DNA from: Leucoraja ocellata
Lineage: Eukaryota
Length of the DNA stretch: 64,000 bases
Assembly: GCA_036785375.1 (NCBI GenBank)
Contig: JAWMAR010000263.1
Coordinates: 2,728,001 to 2,792,000 of the forward strand
Reading direction: 5' to 3'
The translations under genes were made by a program, and so were the position numbers. Of this stretch, positions 61,155 through 64,000 are shown piece after piece. Position 1 is the first letter of the stretch, and the number at the start of each line of letters is the position of its first letter. Under the pieces are notes generated by a model. That model ran no database searches, was not told where the DNA came from, and saw nothing but the letters and a program-made list of their open reading frames with translations.

Positions 61155-61963
61155 TGGCAGGGCGACTTCGAGTATGGCTGTCCTGCCAGCAGCTGTTAGT
61201 CCTTTCACCCTTTTTTTACATTTTTAGTGAGTTAAAGTGTTTGTTTTGGAGGTCTTCTAGTCTTTTATGTGGGGGAAGGGGGAAACTTTATTTCCTAGTG
61301 CCTACCTGGTCGGAGAGGCAGCTTCCCTCCGAGCTGTTTCTTCGCCCCCTCTCCTCGCGGTCTAACATCGAACTGGAGCGGCCTTTCCTGTCGGGACCGG
61401 GCAGCTTCGGCGGCGGCGCAACGCAGGGATGCCATCACAGAGCGGGCGATGCCTTACCGGGTCGCCGTGCGGTGGGCTCCGGAGTGCTGTGTCCGCCGAC
61501 TAACATCCGAGGAGCTGTGGCAGTGGGCACCGGCCGCGGGCGGCGCTGGATTTAAAACACCGCAGAGCCTGGGATCCGAGATCGCCAGAGTCGGAGCTCC
61601 AACCAGCGCGGCCTGAGGACTATGGGTGCCGCAGTCTCCAGGGGAGGAAGTGGCCGCTCCAGACATTTCCAAGCTGCTGAGGAGTGTTCACCCGACGCCG
61701 GAGTTCCGGCAAGAGGGCCTGAAAACATCGGACTGGCTGCGGAGGCCACAATAGGCCTGACTATGGGTGAACAGGGGATGGGACTGGACTTTGCTGCCTT
61801 CCTCCACAGTGGGAACCATTGTAGGAGGGATGTTTTTAATGTTGTTAAATTCTTTAATGTTGTGTCTTATCTTTATTCGTGTGCTGCATTGGCAAGTCAA
61901 ATTTCACTACACCATTTGGTGTATGTAATAATAAATGTCCTTTGTATCATTTGTATCTTTGTA
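61155..61963 (+). mobile_element. GC-rich non-autonomous retroelement in TMA16 intron 2 (diverged subfamily)
   Basis: Same architecture. 3' end aaatttcactacaccatttggtgtatgtaataataaa followed by (TTGTATCW)n. Confidence 0.65.
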
Positions 61964-62234
61964 ATGTACTTATCAATTGAGCCACTCATTGGTGACCTTG
62001 GATGTGTTTCCTTGGTGAGCTAAAATCAAATATTTAGAAATATATTCAGAATGGATGAACTTTCCTCTGTTGTAAATGCTCAAAACTATGGTCACTATTA
62101 TGCCAAATAAGATCAATTGTGACTGCTTTCTTATAACGTTCACATGTATTCATAAATGAAAAGAAACCTGCTACAATGTGACTGAGCATTGCACGCCCCA
62201 GCTTTTGCTTTGGCTTGTAAGCATCCAGACGTGG

Positions 62235-62680
62235 TGCAGAATTAACCTTTTCAACCAAGCGCAGGCTTGACGATCGCTTCGCCCAACATCTCCGCTCAGT
62301 TCGCAATAACCAAACTGATCTTCTGGTGGCTCAGTACTTCAACTCCCCCCCCCCCCCCCCATTCCGGATCCGACCTTTCTGTCCTGGGCCTCCTCCATGG
62401 CCAGAGTGAGTCCCACTGCAAATTGGACATCATATTTTGCTTGGGTAGTTTACACCCCAGCGGTATAAACACTGGCTTCTCCAATTTCAGGTAGTCCTTG
62501 CTTTCTCCCTCCTTCCCCTTCCCAGCTCTCCCACAGCCTACTCTTCCAACTCTTCCTTTATTTTTCCGCCCACCCCCCCACATCAGTCTGAAGAAGGGTC
62601 TCGACCCGAAACGTTGCGTATTCCTTCGCTCCATAGATGCTGTCTCACCCGCTGAGTTTCTCCAGCATTTTTGTCAACTT
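62235..62680 (+). mobile_element. Penelope-like 3' fragment in TMA16 intron 2, with sense hammerhead motif at 62588-62615
   Basis: LSVLGLLHGQSESHCKL...LGSLHPSGINTGFSNFR*, then ctgaagaagggtctcgacccgaaacgtt. Confidence 0.8.
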
Positions 62681-63004
62681 TTTCAACCATGTCAGTAAAG
62701 TCAAATGGCATGCTTGGCCCAACTAGTCCTTGCTGGTCAAGATGCCCATCTGAGCTAGTACTGTTTGCCCACATTTGTCCCATATCCACCAGGTGAAAAA
62801 TTCCACTAGAAACCACTTTATTTGTTCACAATATGTAGAGTTCACTGGCTGTCATTTTTTTTCAGCCCTGATTGAGATAATGTTGAGTGCTGTATTATAG
62901 AGATAGTTTAGAGTCAACTGCGCTTTTGTGGTTGGGAACCATATATGGACCAGACCAGTAAGGATGACAGATTTCCTTCTGAAGTACATTAGCGATGTCG
63001 TACA

Positions 63005-63848
63005 ATCATAAGTGTCATACGGCACAGAAGCAGACCCTTAGGCCCAACTTGCCACTGCCGATCAAAATGCCCCATTTACACAAGCTGTACATGCCCCATT
63101 AAGCCCAAATGTCTCTAAACCTTTCCTATCCATGTATCTGTCCAAATATCTTTTAAATATTATTGTACCTGCCTTAACTACCTCCTCTGACAGCTCATTC
63201 CATATATATAAAACAATCTCTGTGGAAAAGTTGCCCCTCAAGTTCCTATTAAATATTTTCCCTTTCATCTTAAACCTATGTGCTCTTGTTCTTAATTATA
63301 TATCTTGGGGGAGGGGAGGGGGCGTTGTGCATGCATACTATTTATTCCCCTCATGATTTTGTACACGTATACACTTTTACAGAATCCTGAGTATCCTGTA
63401 ATTTAATGAATACAATTCTAGCTTATTCAACATCACAATAACTCAGACCTTTGCATCCTGGTCAATCTTCTCTGCACCCTTTCCAGCTTCATGTCATCTT
63501 TCCTTTGGCAATGTGACCAAAACTGAACAAAGTACTCCAAGCACAGCCTCACCAACTTTAACATCCCAACTTCTATACTTATTTCCCAGACTGATAAATG
63601 CCAGCATGCCAGAAGTTTTCCTCATCACCCTATCTACCTGTGATGCCTCTTTCAGGAAACGATGTACTTGTAGAGCAGAGGGAAATAGGAGTAGCGCACT
63701 CTCCAATGTTCCACCTAGCACCGTGACGGTCCTGCTCTGGTTTGACTTCCCAAAATGCAACATCGCACACGTATCCGAATTAAACTCCATTCCTAGACCC
63801 AGTTGCCCAGCGATTAAGATACTTTGTGATAACTATCTTCACTGTCTA
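63005..63848 (-). mobile_element. Old CR1 3' fragment(s) in TMA16 intron 2
   Basis: MEFNSDTC..LHFGKSN, QVDRV..K..GMLAFI and WNELSEEVV motifs. Confidence 0.75.
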
Positions 63849-63898
63849 TTTGGCACAAACATTTTAAAGGTGATGTTTGAACTTCATTTTCTATCTAG

Positions 63899-63936
63899 GA
63901 TAAAGAATGTGAAGGCTGCACGTCTAAATGTTACTG
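63899..63936 (+). CDS. TMA16: TMA16 exon 3 (gene continues beyond the window)
   Basis: Acceptor cattttctatctAG and donor GTAAGA, 38 nt, phase-compatible with exon 2 (AA|G). Encodes (K)IKNVKAARLNVT(G), compared with vertebrate KLKNEKALRLNLVG. Confidence 0.92.
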
Positions 63937-64000
63937 GTAAGATGCTAATTATTGTCACTGCTTTTGGTTGAAAATGGACCATCGTTTACCAATCTAGAGA

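Noticed and set aside
60899-61555. 218-aa ORF in TMA16 intron 2
   Set aside because: It runs across the junction of unique intron sequence and a GC-rich retroelement, and shows no domain similarity.
63513-63971. 152-aa ORF as a single coding exon
   Set aside because: Most of it is antisense CR1. Only 63899-63936 is bounded by splice sites and matches TMA16.

Overview
Repeat-dense vertebrate genomic DNA, almost certainly from a cartilaginous fish, probably a skate or ray. This is inferred from abundant HE1-type V-SINEs and HER1/CR1 LINE 3' ends. The only host gene I can support is the 5' part of TMA16 (+ strand): an ATG-only coding exon 1 at 57105-57107 in a CpG-rich promoter, exon 2 at 60176-60285 and exon 3 at 63899-63936. 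The preceding ~56 kb appears intergenic and is a mosaic of nested mobile elements: CR1/HER1, Rex1/Babar, Penelope-like (GIY-YIG) fragments, Harbinger-, hAT- and pogo-type MITEs, Helitron ends and a 189-bp solo LTR. The most interesting signals are RNA-structural. (i) ~130-bp TSD-flanked mini-retroelements whose first 54 nt fold as a minimal HDV-like self-cleaving ribozyme, with a second diverged family. (ii) Many Penelope-associated minimal hammerhead motifs and fold-back palindromes centred on them. (iii) A family of ~0.8-1 kb GC-rich non-coding retroelements with Rex1-type tails that conserve hairpin positions despite sequence change. All calls were made by eye without database searches, so repeat boundaries are approximate unless a TSD is quoted.
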